A stretch of 64,000 bases of DNA from Candidatus Latescibacterota bacterium (GTDB lineage Bacteria; Latescibacterota; UBA2968), in assembly GCA_965198115.1 (NCBI GenBank), contig OZ240241.1, positions 5,632,001 through 5,696,000 on the forward strand, written 5' to 3'. A program made the position numbers and the translations under genes. Positions 32,765 through 44,270 of this stretch are shown here, in pieces. Within the stretch, counting starts at the first letter, position 1, and each line of letters starts with the position of its first letter. The notes beneath the pieces were generated by a model. The model ran no database searches. It saw only the letters and a list, made by a program, of their open reading frames with translations, and was not told where the DNA came from.

Positions 32765-32837
32765 CCCGCAGGACCGGATTAATACCCGGTCCGTGTAGCA
32801 CGCGGACTGCTGGGCGTAAACACAGGCTTCTAATCCA

Positions 32838-32886
32838 AGCCCGCTTCTTCAACTTTCAAAAGTTGAGGAGGCGGGCTCTTTTTGTT
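32838..32886 (+). terminator. Long-stem intrinsic terminator/attenuator
   Basis: 17-bp stem AGCCCGCTTCTTCAACT/AGTTGAGGAGGCGGGCT (two G-U pairs on + strand) followed by a T-rich tract. Confidence 0.65.
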
Positions 32887-33105
32887 TATGGCCGAAAACT
32901 TCGATCTCTCCACCACGAAGGTCAAGGAACGCCCAGAAGCTCTCGGTGCCAAAGGTCCGGTTCGGAAGAACGACCAAGAGGCCATCGATTTCCTCGAAGC
33001 GTTTAAGGAAAAGGAGCACCGGGCCGAGCTGGCATGCACCAGGTGGAACCGGTCCCCGGCGGCGTGATTCCGGGTGTATAGGGAAAGGAAGAAAGGAGCA
33101 GGTAG

Positions 33106-33897
33106 ATGTTCGATCTGATGGTGGTCCAGTGGTTGGCGATTTTTATCGTGGCTGTAAATGCCTGGAGGTTACTCAGGAGAGGATACAGGCCCTTCAGCTC
33201 GGTTCTACGCTTGAACGCAACCGCCGAAGAGGACATCTTCGCACCGCCAGTTGAAGATCCCCAGAGCAAGACCCCGGAAGAGGAGGAGGATACCTCGGAA
33301 GAGGAGGATACCTCAGGAGAGGTTAGGGATTGGGAAGCGCACGCCCGCCGGCTGGAAGAGAAGATCGCCCGGAGTGAGGGGTCTTCCTCCACGGCCGACA
33401 AGCTTCTTGATGCCCTCAACAAGATCCGAAGCGGCGACCAGGAGGATACCGCCGAGGAGAAGAACCCTTATGATGTAGCAACCCAGAGCGAGGAACACGT
33501 TCGCTGGGAGGCTGAGCACGCAGCCGGAAAGACCAAGGAAGAGGTCGCGGAGCAGCAGCCCCGGCAAGTTGAAGCGATCGTGAACGCCCGAGAGCGATGG
33601 GACGCCTTTCAGGATGTCACCGAGACACTCACAAAGGAGTTTCCGTCTCTTGCAGGGTTGGGACGTCTCCGCGCAGAGCACAAAGAATGGGCTGAAAGGG
33701 TGTTCGGTGATCGACCGAGGCAGATATCCTACTTGCCTCAGGACGTGTATCGTGCTTGCCAGGGCATCGCGGATGCCTTTGAGCTTGGACGGGGATCTTA
33801 CTATGGGACCCGCAAGGACGCTTGTGAATTGCTGACTCTTTGCGGAATCGGGACAGATGTCGACACACTTCGGAAGTGGCGTTCTCGGAACCCGTGA
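33106..33897 (+). CDS. Acidic coiled-coil hypothetical protein (phage scaffold-like, with HTH-like C-terminus)
   Basis: AAGGAG RBS; duplicated EEEDTS (GAGGAGGATACCTC x2); C-terminal DVDTLRKWRSR. Confidence 0.5.
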   Translation: MFDLMVVQWLAIFIVAVNAWRLLRRGYRPFSSVLRLNATAEEDIFAPPVEDPQSKTPEEEEDTSEEEDTSGEVRDWEAHARRLEEKIARSEGSSSTADKLLDALNKIRSGDQEDTAEEKNPYDVATQSEEHVRWEAEHAAGKTKEEVAEQQPRQVEAIVNARERWDAFQDVTETLTKEFPSLAGLGRLRAEHKEWAERVFGDRPRQISYLPQDVYRACQGIADAFELGRGSYYGTRKDACELLTLCGIGTDVDTLRKWRSRNP

Positions 33898-33955
33898 ACA
33901 TGCCCCCCTTTGCGAGAAAGTGAGATGTTCACAGGTTTTATGAGAAGTTGGACTA

Positions 33956-35121
33956 GTGTCACGTCCCGCGTATAAGCTTCAAAAGTTTATGGACTTTCTC
34001 GAGGATTGAATCTGCCGTGGCGGTCCAGACGAAGGGTGTAGAATTCTCGTTGTAGTGATCAGTGAATTTCTTGATGCAGGCGATCAGGTCCTTGACGCTT
34101 CTGAAGGTGCCTCGTCGAATGGCTCTTTGGGTGATGATACCGAACCAGATCTCTACCTGGTTCAGCCAGGAGGCATATGTTGGTGTGTAGTGCACGTGAT
34201 ATCGTTTCCGTGAGGCGAGCCAACGCTTGACGTTCGGGTGCTTGTGCGTGCCGTAATTATCGACGACCAGATGGATGTCGAGATCCTTTGGGACGTTCTT
34301 GTCGATGTGCTTGAGGAACTGAAGGAACTCTTTGTTGCGGTGTCTGGGCTTGCACTGAGTCAGAACTTTGCCGGATGCGATGTTGAGCGCTGCAAAGAGG
34401 GTGGTCGTGCCGTTCCGGATATAGCTGTGAGTGACGCCCTCGACGTATCCGAGACCCAAAGGAAGAATCGGTTGTGTCCGTTCGAGTGCTTGAATCTGGC
34501 TCTTCTCGTCTACACAGAGCACCATCGCGTTGTCCGGTGGGTTCAGGTATAGACCGACGATATCCCTGACTTTCTCGACGAAGAAGGGATCGTTCGACAG
34601 TTTGAAGTGCTTCTGTCGATGCGGTTGCAGTCCAAAAGCTTTCCATACACGTTGAACCGAGGACTTGGAGAGCCCCGTCTCGTCGGCCATCGAACGACAG
34701 GTCCAGTGGGTGGCACCCTTCGGTTGCTTCTTGAGCGTCTTGTAGATGAGGGAGGAGATCTCTTCGTCGCTGACCGACCGTGGCCCTCCAGGACGCAATT
34801 CGTCATACAGTCCCATCAAGCCTTGCTCGCAGAAGCGACGACGCCACTTGCCGACAGACGCTCCGGACAACCCGACTCGTTCCGCGATCTCCTGATTGGT
34901 CAGACCGCAATCGCTCATCAAGACGATCTTCGCGCGACGCACCAAAGCGTGAGACATGCTACGCGAACGAGACAATGACTCGAGTTGATCGTGGACCTCA
35001 TCACTGATGTTCAGTGGCTGTAACGGACGACCTCTAGCCATCGGTTCCTCCCAAGAATGAGTGCTTGAGGAACCATACGACAGAATCGAATATTTTTCTA
35101 GTTATTCCTGGGACGTGACAC
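33956..35121 (-). mobile_element. IS630-family insertion sequence (transposase 33959-35041)
   Basis: IRs GTGTCACGTCCC / GGGACGTGACAC with TA duplication; CVDEKS, DNYGTH, SWLNQVEIWF; intact. Confidence 0.95.
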
Positions 35122-36334
35122 TAGGAGCCTGTCGGAGTACCCAGCCGGAGGAAGATTTCGTATTGTAGAAGTGCGACCAAGGTTCCGACTCTGAATTGGA
35201 GGTTTCCGTTGAGCACTTCTACTCGGTTTCGTGTCTACAATCCGGCTCAGTTGATGTTGCTGCCTCCGGATCTCCGGAGTTGGCTTCCCAAGGGTCATCC
35301 GACCTACTTCATTCTGGATATCGTCGGACAACTTGATTTGTCCGCGATCTACGAGACCTACGATGGGTCTCAAGGTGGCCAGCCACCGTATGATCCCCGG
35401 ATGATGGTGAGCCTACTGCTGTATGGTTACTGCGAAGGCATCAGGAGTTCCCGCAAGATTGAGCGTGCGACCTATGACTCCGTTGCTTTCCGTGTGCTCA
35501 GCCTGGATCAGCATCCTGATCACGACACGATATCGACCTTTCGTCAACGGCATCTGGATGCCCTCTCAGGTCTGTTCAGGCAAGTGCTGTGTCCCTGCGT
35601 GAAGGCAGGTCTGGTGAAGCTGGGACACGTGGCGTTGGATGGCACGAAAGTCAAAGCAAATGCCTCAAAACACAAAGCGATGAGCTACGGCCGGATGAAG
35701 AAGAAAGAAGCCGAGATCGAGGCCGAAGTGCGCAGACTCTTGACCGAGGCCGAAGCCACTGACGCGGCCGAAGACGAACTCTACGGAAAGGACAACCGCG
35801 GCGACGAGTTGCCCGAGGAGTTGCAGCACCGGGAGACTCGACTCAAAGTAATCCGCGACGCAATAGCCGAGATCGAAGCCGAAGCGGAGGCTGAGTTTCC
35901 TGAGAAGCAGGCAGCGTATGAAGAGAAGGTAAAGGCCCGGGAGCGCCGCGGCGGTCGTGGACGTAAGCCCAAGCCTCCATCGAAAGAGCCCGACTGAAAG
36001 GAACAACTGAACTTCACCGATCCCGACTCACGGATCATGGTCTCAGGGGGCCAATTCCTTCAAGCCTACAACTGCCAAGCTGCTGTGGATGACAAGGCCC
36101 AGATTGTCGTTGCTGCCGACGTCACCCAAGAAGCTAATGACAAGAACCAGATGACACCTATGGTCAACCAGATCAGAGCGAATATGGGCGGCACGACACC
36201 CAAGCACCTCACTGCCGACACCGGATACTTCAACCAAAGTCAGGTCGATCAGGTTCAATCAGATGGCGTCGACCTCTATGTGGCGACGACAAAACAGAAG
36301 GGAATTATAGCGAATGGTGCCCAAGCACCACCTT

Positions 36335-36505
36335 TTACGAGGGGTTGTCCGGCTTGGAACCTTTGATCTTCTTCATGTATTCCCAATCCTTTTTCTTCGG
36401 CGTTTGCAGGAATACCCTGGCTAGTTCTTCCGGGGTGGTCTCGATCCTCTCAAAGTGCTCGTTCCGCGTGGGACTCGGTTTGGGAGTTTGTTTCTGTTTC
36501 TTCAT
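36335..36505 (-). CDS. 56-aa micro-protein at IS1595 end (not in ORF track)
   Basis: AGGAAGGA RBS; MKKQKQTPKPSPTRNEHFERIETTPEELARVFLQTPKKKDWEYMKKIKGSKPDNPS*; stop abuts the IR. Confidence 0.6.
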   Translation of the reverse strand: MKKQKQTPKPSPTRNEHFERIETTPEELARVFLQTPKKKDWEYMKKIKGSKPDNPS

Positions 36506-36620
36506 GGCGTTCCTTCCTGATTAGGGAATCAAGAAAAGGGAATTACACCTGAGTGCCCAGGACGTTGCGGATGTTGTAGCGTCCAGACTTGCGCCTCTTG
36601 GTCTCTACCATGACTCTTCC

Positions 36621-37307
36621 TTATCGGATTCGCAGCGATTCCACGAGCGCGGGAGCTAGGTTGATGGCAAATTCCACATCAGTAGGGCGGGTGTCCTGCG
36701 TCTTTGGCCAGCGAACACATCCCGTAACGGTAAACCTGCCTTCATAGGCTGAACGGAACCCCTCCGCGAGATCAAGTCCAGAGTGAAGTTGGGCCAGCAG
36801 ACTATTCCAATTGGTAACAGATTTGGGAAAACCCGTGAAGGCGAAGAGCCATACTAGGAAGTGTTCAAACCGGAACGTATCTGGGACCATATCCTCGAAT
36901 GCCTCCCGAAACTTTGACTCCAGGCGGGCTGAGGAACCGGGCCCCATCTTGATCTCGCCCCGAAGTTTCATGTCTCGGTATCCGCGAGACGAATAGATGT
37001 TGGCCCACGCTTTCGTCCCTTGCCGAACGACGTAATCACCCATGAACTCACGATCGATCTGCCACGGCTCCACATCACGAAATCGAGGTCGCATTAGGTT
37101 CTTACCGTTGGGTGCTGGAGGCAATCCAATGAGGCTTCCATGAAAAAACTGATCGAGAAAATTGTCAGTCCCTTTTCGCCTTAAAGACCCATCCTCTTCT
37201 CCGATGTCGTTCGCAGCAAACACGAACGCAGGAACTATCCAGCTGCTGTCGTACTCTTGCAGATGGGTAATAGCCGTCTGAATGGTCCTGATCGTGAAAT
37301 AACGCAT
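36621..37307 (-). CDS. Hypothetical protein, partner of the methyltransferase
   Basis: ATG 4 bp after the MTase stop; 228 aa; no recognised motif. Confidence 0.65.
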   Translation of the reverse strand: MRYFTIRTIQTAITHLQEYDSSWIVPAFVFAANDIGEEDGSLRRKGTDNFLDQFFHGSLIGLPPAPNGKNLMRPRFRDVEPWQIDREFMGDYVVRQGTKAWANIYSSRGYRDMKLRGEIKMGPGSSARLESKFREAFEDMVPDTFRFEHFLVWLFAFTGFPKSVTNWNSLLAQLHSGLDLAEGFRSAYEGRFTVTGCVRWPKTQDTRPTDVEFAINLAPALVESLRIR

Positions 37308-37311
37308 GAGA

Positions 37312-38289
37312 TCACCGCGCCTTTCCGGTTCCCGGTTTTCTGAAGCGTGCCCGATTACCAGCCCATGTATCCCATCCCTTGGATTGCTTGGCAAGAGCAT
37401 TCAGAACTTCCGACTCTGAGAGACACTGATCCGTCAACAAGCGTTCAGTGATATAATCGACATACTCATCGCCTAGATCAATTCCGACCGCATTTCGACC
37501 ATGTCGCAGCGCCACGAAAATCGTTGTACCACTGCCAATGAATGGGTCGAGGACATGCCCGCCGGACGGGCTGCCTGCAAGGATGCATCGCCTAGCAAGC
37601 TCATCCGGGAACATCGCGTTATGAATCGTGGTGCGCTTACGCTCGATGGGAATATTCCACACATCTTCTTCCGTGAGGGCGGAGCGGTCGAATGAATAGA
37701 AGCGACTGCGGGAGAACATGAAGACGAATTCATACTGTCGGTGCGGACGATCCCTCGCGGTGGGTTCGACGAACGCATTGCGGCGATTCCACACGATAGC
37801 GCTACGCAGGGTCCAACCTCTGCCCTGCATTTCCAGGGCGACAGTCCAGGGAATTCCGAGAAGGGATTTCTTGGGAATGTCCCATCCTCCGATGTCGACG
37901 GCTCGTTTCTTTTTTCGCGAGAAATTACGCGTGGCACATTTAGGGTCATGCCCGTGCGGTTGTCCGTTCCCAGAGTAGTAAGTGTCTCCTATATTCAAAA
38001 ATAACACACCTTCGGGGTGCAGCACGCGGCGTACCTCGTCGAATACGTCCATAAGGGTGGTGACATAGCCCTCGACCGAGTCTTCGTGGCCGATTTGCCC
38101 ATCGAAACCATAATCGCGTGCCCAGTAGTAGGGGGGGGACGTAAGTGCCACGTTGAAGACATCACTTGGTAAGCGGCGGAGGGCGGTCGCGGCATCGTCG
38201 TGGATTACCGTCGCAAAGTTCGCGCCTGAATCGACCGATTCGAGTTTGCCAGCCGCATTGACTGTTTCATCTGTGACCACGGTGCTCAT
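37312..38289 (-). CDS. Site-specific DNA methyltransferase (N4-C/N6-A, beta class)
   Basis: TSPPY motif IV near the N-terminus; H.A.FP and LDPFIGSGTT motif I near the C-terminus; ATGA overlap with the transposase stop. Confidence 0.92.
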   Translation of the reverse strand: MSTVVTDETVNAAGKLESVDSGANFATVIHDDAATALRRLPSDVFNVALTSPPYYWARDYGFDGQIGHEDSVEGYVTTLMDVFDEVRRVLHPEGVLFLNIGDTYYSGNGQPHGHDPKCATRNFSRKKKRAVDIGGWDIPKKSLLGIPWTVALEMQGRGWTLRSAIVWNRRNAFVEPTARDRPHRQYEFVFMFSRSRFYSFDRSALTEEDVWNIPIERKRTTIHNAMFPDELARRCILAGSPSGGHVLDPFIGSGTTIFVALRHGRNAVGIDLGDEYVDYITERLLTDQCLSESEVLNALAKQSKGWDTWAGNRARFRKPGTGKAR

Positions 38290-39221
38290 GAGATCAAATC
38301 CTCATACCGGAGCCGCTTGCCTTCGAGACCCCGGACGATGGCCCGCATCTGCTGGACGGTGTCGAGTGGGCGGGTGTTGTGGCGACCTGAGAACTCATTG
38401 ACGTAACGCTGTAGATGCTTCGGGGACATTCGGTGATAAGTCCCGTGGTAGCCACGCTTGAGCATCCCCCAAAAGCTCTCCACTCCGTTTGTATGGGCTT
38501 GGCCGTTCACATACTCAGACACAGAGTGCTTGACCGTCTCGTGATTCAGCAAGCCTTCATACGCTCTGTGCTCGTCCGTGTAGACCTTCGCTCCATCCAT
38601 GACCCTTGCCCGGACAAAGCCTTGTAGAGTGGCCTTATCGGTCCCTTCGACCACGAGCGTGGCAACCTGTCCTGTCGTTCGATCCTTCGCCCCCACAACC
38701 GCAGTCTTTCCGGCGGTTCCGCGCCCGAGGTTCGCCCTTTTGTTCTGGTGTTTGTTCTTCTCCACTCCGCCGATGAATGTTTCATCGACTTCTACCGGTC
38801 CATTGAACAAGGCGCACCGTCCCTCCCATGCTTCTCTGAGCCGGTGCGCCATATGCCAAGCCGAGCTTTGGGCAATTCCGAGATCGCGATGAAGCTTCAT
38901 GCTGGAAACGCCCTTGAGGTTCGTGGTCATCAGGTAAATCGCCACCGCCCACTTTTGGAGAGGAATGTTGGAATCTTGCATCGCCGTACCGATACGAACG
39001 CTGAACCGCTTCCGGCAATCCCGGCACCGGAGAGGCATGGTCTTGTGCTTCGCCCCCGTCTGGACGTTCACGCTCCCGCAATGCGGGCAAGCTGGCTCGC
39101 CACCCCACCGGCACTCCGCCAGCCACTTCTCCGCCGCTTCATCGTCGTGGAACTTTTCGAAGGCTTCGATCAAGGAAAGTCCCTCACGATAGCTTTTCCC
39201 CGGTCCAGTTTTGCTTGACAT
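38286..39221 (-). CDS. IS1595-family transposase
   Basis: CPHCG..CRDC zinc ribbon, VEVDET, VYTDE, HTNGVESFW, YVNEF. Confidence 0.95.
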   Translation of the reverse strand: MSSKTGPGKSYREGLSLIEAFEKFHDDEAAEKWLAECRWGGEPACPHCGSVNVQTGAKHKTMPLRCRDCRKRFSVRIGTAMQDSNIPLQKWAVAIYLMTTNLKGVSSMKLHRDLGIAQSSAWHMAHRLREAWEGRCALFNGPVEVDETFIGGVEKNKHQNKRANLGRGTAGKTAVVGAKDRTTGQVATLVVEGTDKATLQGFVRARVMDGAKVYTDEHRAYEGLLNHETVKHSVSEYVNGQAHTNGVESFWGMLKRGYHGTYHRMSPKHLQRYVNEFSGRHNTRPLDTVQQMRAIVRGLEGKRLRYEDLIS

Positions 39222-39257
39222 TTTGCTCTCCCTTTGGGTGTGTTCTTTACTACAAGA

Positions 39258-39286
39258 ATGATACCCCAAAGGTGGGGTTAAGTCAA
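39258..39286 (-). promoter_or_regulatory. Sigma70-like promoter of IS1595 transposase/cargo operon
   Basis: Minus strand TTGACT-17 bp-TATCAT, 36 bp upstream of the ATG. Confidence 0.6.
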
Positions 39287-39932
39287 GCAAAAACAAGCAT
39301 GTAAGCAAAATAAATCAAGCATGCGAACGAACAAAGGTAAGGCACCGTGAGTGTCGCCGTCAACACATTTGGTGAGGGGGTGCTTGGGCACCATTCGCTA
39401 TAATTCCCAAACAGAAACATGGAACGCCCATCGCGACCTGCCCCAGGGGACGGATCCCCAAGGGCGCAACGACGAAAGACAAAATGGCGAGAAAGCTTCT
39501 CACACAGAAAGGTCGCTGCACCTACTGGAAAAGAAAACAGATCATCGAACCCGTGTTTGGACAGATCAAATCCGTTCGGAACTTCACCCGATTCTCATTC
39601 CGCCGAATCCACAAAGTCATCAGAGAATGGAACCTGATCTGTCTCACACACAACCTTCTGAAACTCTATCGACTCTCATTGGCTACCTGATCCCGAAGAG
39701 AAACTCGGCTCAAGGAAAAACGAAGGTAACCGGTCGCTGACAGACTCAGCTGGACTTAATCTCAACGAGCTTCCGGGTGTAACCCGACAGGCTCCTAGTT
39801 CGTATATTCACGCATAGATGGGTAGAGAAAGGCCCCCGATCGTGATCAAGACGACCAGAGGCCGGAGCACACTACCGGATCGCACCAGTAGGTACACCCC
39901 CAAGATACAGCCTAAAGCCAGAGGAGATCAAG

Positions 39933-40157
39933 ATGAGTGTGGAAGTTGTTGGAGATCGCCTGCTGAAGCCCGCGGAAGCCGCCGAGTATCTCCAGTGCAC
40001 GGAGAATACGCTCCGGTGTTGGGTGAGTCGCCGGCGCGTGCCTCACGTGAAAATCGGTAGGTCTGTTCGGTTTCGTCTGGCCGACCTCGAGGCATTCGTC
40101 GAAAAGAACTTGGTCAAGCCCGTCGCGTGCCTGAGTTCGTCCAAACTCACGTCATGA
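39933..40157 (+). CDS. Excisionase / HTH_17 DNA-binding protein
   Basis: LLKPAEAAEYLQCTENTLRCWVSRRRVPHVKIGRSVRFRLADLEAF; GAGGAG RBS. Confidence 0.88.
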   Translation: MSVEVVGDRLLKPAEAAEYLQCTENTLRCWVSRRRVPHVKIGRSVRFRLADLEAFVEKNLVKPVACLSSSKLTS

Positions 40158-40454
40158 ACCCTCAAAGGACTTGGAATCCGGTGATCTACGGAACCGGCGT
40201 CGCACTGCCTGGATATTTCTGATCAAACGTTCGTACGTCAGAAACATTCATTGTGGACGCCTGTCCCGGCGACGACCGGAAGGGAAGAGGAGACCACAAT
40301 TCCCGCTTGCCGTCCCGGACTTCGGAGACGATTGGCACAACCTGACTCTCTTGTCGGAGCCCCAAGGGTGTGCACGAGTCGATTACGGTTCTCAGAGGTG
40401 TCCCTGTTTTGTCTGGCCGTCGGTGGTGATGAACAGAGGTGTGGGCAAGCCGCG

Positions 40455-41558
<1,104 letters not shown>

Positions 41559-41575
41559 GAGAGAGCGAGGGGGAA

Positions 41576-42685
41576 ATGCCATACACAAAGAGTAGAAAGA
41601 TGGAAACCGGTATTTGGCGCTGCAAAAATCGAGCAAGAGACGCTCGCTACGTAGCCGAAATATCCTTCGTGGATACGGAAACTTATAAACGAGTGCGGCG
41701 CTGGAGGACGTTCAACCGGCTCGATCTTGCGAGACAATGGCGTAGGAAGATGCAGGATAATGACGTCCGGATTCGGCTTGAGGCAAAGCGGAAAGTCAAG
41801 AATCTGACCTTCACAGAGTTCGTACCGCAGTATCTCGATTCGTGGGCTCTGGACCGAAAGGATTCAACGATCCGTCGCGAAAGATCGAGGATCAACAGTC
41901 TGTTGATACCAGTCTTGGGTGAACATAGTTTGCGGTCGATCACTCAGCTCGATATTGAGAGATTCTTGGGGCAGCGTCGGTCAGGAGGTGCGTGCCCGGC
42001 GACCTGCAACCGTGATCTGTGCAGACTTAAGAACATGTTCCGGAAGGCTGAGGAGTGGGGATATGTTGAGGTTAACCCAACAGCCCATCTCAAGCAGAGC
42101 CCTGAGAGAATAAAACCTCAGTCTTTTCTCACCATCGAGGAGGTCGAGCGCTTACTCGAGGCTTGTGAACCGAGAATTAAGCCGATCGTCGAAGTGGCTG
42201 CGAATACTGGGATGCGCTGGGGAGAGATCGCAGCTTTGGAGTGGCGGGATGTGGACTTCGAACGTGGACAGCTTCACATAAGGGACCCCAAGAACCGCGA
42301 GGACCGGCACGTCCCGATGAATGGGTCCGTCGTGGCCTCACTTCAGGAACACCGGCGCCAGCAAGCCGCATGGGCCGGGAAGATCATTTCTCACGTATTT
42401 ACGAATCCAAGATTGGGCCGGCCTTGGTCCGACATACGTGTCCCTTTCAAGGCCGCACTGAAGACGGCCGGCATTGACGAGAGCTTTCCATTCAAGAATC
42501 TCAGACATACGGCAGCAAGCCATCTCACAATGGCGGGGGTCGATCTCCGGACCGTTGGCCAGATTCTAGGTCACAAGACCGCTCACGTTACGCTGCGCTA
42601 CGCACACCTTAGTCAGGATCACCTAAAGGATGCTGTTGAGAGATTGAAGTTCGAGACGCTGGAGGCTGAGCAAGTATCCAAATAG
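41576..42685 (+). CDS. Phage-type tyrosine recombinase/integrase
   Basis: Arm-binding N-terminus, TGMRWGE (R), K, KNLRH, LGH and TLRYAH catalytic residues; no integron-specific insertion evident. Confidence 0.92.
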   Translation: MPYTKSRKMETGIWRCKNRARDARYVAEISFVDTETYKRVRRWRTFNRLDLARQWRRKMQDNDVRIRLEAKRKVKNLTFTEFVPQYLDSWALDRKDSTIRRERSRINSLLIPVLGEHSLRSITQLDIERFLGQRRSGGACPATCNRDLCRLKNMFRKAEEWGYVEVNPTAHLKQSPERIKPQSFLTIEEVERLLEACEPRIKPIVEVAANTGMRWGEIAALEWRDVDFERGQLHIRDPKNREDRHVPMNGSVVASLQEHRRQQAAWAGKIISHVFTNPRLGRPWSDIRVPFKAALKTAGIDESFPFKNLRHTAASHLTMAGVDLRTVGQILGHKTAHVTLRYAHLSQDHLKDAVERLKFETLEAEQVSK

Positions 42686-42691
42686 TATCCA
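42673..42691 (+). promoter_or_regulatory. Putative integrase arm-type sites
   Basis: Direct repeat AGTATCCA at 42673-80 and 42684-91 at the int 3' end, on the att side. Confidence 0.45.
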
Positions 42692-42706
42692 TCGCGTTGA
42701 CTATTC

Positions 42707-44094
42707 GGTGTTGTGCCTATCGTAGTTGAAACTTAGAGGGCTCCAAACTTACGTTGGGTAGACGTGTAGGAGCGTATACCCGTAAGAAAGGAGCCCAGAT
42801 GGAGAAGCTATTTGTAGGCGATGGTGAAGTCAAGGTTGAGGGCGATGTCATCGATTTGGAGACGCGTTTGTCGGTGATCCAGGCGTTGATCCCGTTGGGT
42901 CTGGAGGCAGTGGCAGACCTCCTCCAGCAGGAGGTCGAGCAGCTCGCAGGCGTTCGGTATGCGCGCAAAGGTTCGGAGCAGGCGCATCGTCGGTGGGGAA
43001 GCCAGAAGGGATCCGTGTATCTGATGGACCAGAAGCTCCCGTTAGACGTTCCCCGGGTGCGCGACGTCGAGGCCGACGCAGAGGTTTCCCTGGCTGCATA
43101 CCGGGCTCTACAGACGCCCAAGAAGACGGACGAGGGGCTGTTGCTTCGTGTTCTCAAGGGGATCTCGTGCCGCAACTACAAGGCCTGTGCCGAATCGGTT
43201 CCAGAAGCGTTTGGTATCTCAGCGTCCTCCGTCTCGCGGCGGTTCATCAAAGCCACCGCGAAGAAGCTGAAGCAGTTCCAGGAGCGTCCCCTCGACGACT
43301 ACGGCTTCGTGACCCTCTTCATTGACGGAAAGAGCTTTGCCGACGAAGAGATCGTGATCGCTCTGGGGGTCACGATGGACGGCCAGAAGATCCCCCTGGG
43401 CTTCGTCGAATCGGCGACGGAGAACGAACGGATCTGCCGCCAGCTGATCCAAGACCTCATCCGGAGAGGCCTGTGCTACGACCAGGGCCTTCTCGTTGTG
43501 CTTGACGGCTCAAAGGGGCTCCGCAGTGCTGTCACCAAAGCCCTCAAAGGGTATGTGCGCGTGCATCGCTGTCAGTGGCACAAGCGCGAGAATGTCGTCA
43601 GCTATCTCCCGGAGAGGGAACGTCCAAGAGTTCGACGGAAGCTCCAGAAAGCCTATGACTGCGACACCTACGAGGAGGCAAAGGCCGCACTCGAATCACT
43701 TAAACCCGAACTGAAGCTGATGAATCAGTCTGCCGTAACGAGCCTCGAGGAAGGCCTGGAGGAAACCCTGACCCTCCACCGGCTGGGTATGCTCCCATTC
43801 CTGAAACGAAGCTTCCGAACCACCAACTGCATCGAAGCCCTCAACAGCAGGACCGGCGAGCTCACTCGGAAGGTCAGACGCTGGAACAACTCTCCCCAGA
43901 GACACAGATGGGTGGCTGCCGCACTCCTCGACATCGAACCTCGCCTGCGACGCGTGAGCGGATACAAACATCTTCCCCTACTCAGGCAAGCACTGAACAA
44001 AGATCTGAATCTCGACAACGAACAGAATGCTCAAAAGAGAGCCTGACCAAACTACGGGGCCCGATGAGTTTTCAACTGACTATGGGACTTGACC
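42707..44094 (+). mobile_element. IS256-family insertion sequence (transposase 42799-44046)
   Basis: Imperfect IRs GGTGTTGTGCCTATCGTAGTTGAAA / GGTCAAGTCCCATAGTCAGTTGAAA; 8-bp target duplication GACTATTC; FIDG, LDG, RCQWHK, RTTNCIE. Confidence 0.93.
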
Positions 44095-44216
44095 GACTAT
44101 TCGGTCGATCTCGGTTTTTTTTGGCAAAAGTATGTATAACATGTGAATCCATTGGCTCAAGGTGTTAGGTCGTAAGTGGTTGTATTGACGTCATATATAC
44201 CACGCGCTAGAATCCG

Positions 44217-44270
44217 GACTTAAAATCTCCCGGCCTTCGGGTCATGCCGGTTCAAGTCCGGCCCCGGGTA
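44217..44270 (+). other. att site: 3' half of tRNA-Leu(TAA)
   Basis: GACTTAAAATCTCC anticodon loop, GGCC-TTCG-GGTC variable arm, GCCGG-TTCAAGT-CCGGC T-arm, CCCGGGT-A acceptor strand; 5' half absent. Confidence 0.85.

Larger units (their letters stand above)
36300..39408 (-). mobile_element. IS1595-family transporter IS with passenger genes
   Basis: Perfect 30-bp IRs GGGAATTATAGCGAATGGTGCCCAAGCACC and 8-bp target duplication AAACAGAA (36292-99, 39409-16). Confidence 0.95.
35125..39794 (+). mobile_element. IS1182-family element, inactivated (stop at 35995) and interrupted by IS1595
   Basis: IRs GAGCCTGTCGG / CCGACAGGCTC, CTAG target duplication (35121-24, 39795-98); transposase 35209-36299 resumes 39417-39690 (ALDGTKVKANAS, TDPDSR, IEPVFGQIK). 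Confidence 0.92.

Noticed and set aside
41576-42685. Integron integrase for the attC-like sites
   Set aside because: It has an arm-binding N-terminus, an adjacent xis and a tRNA att site, and no evident IntI-specific insertion.
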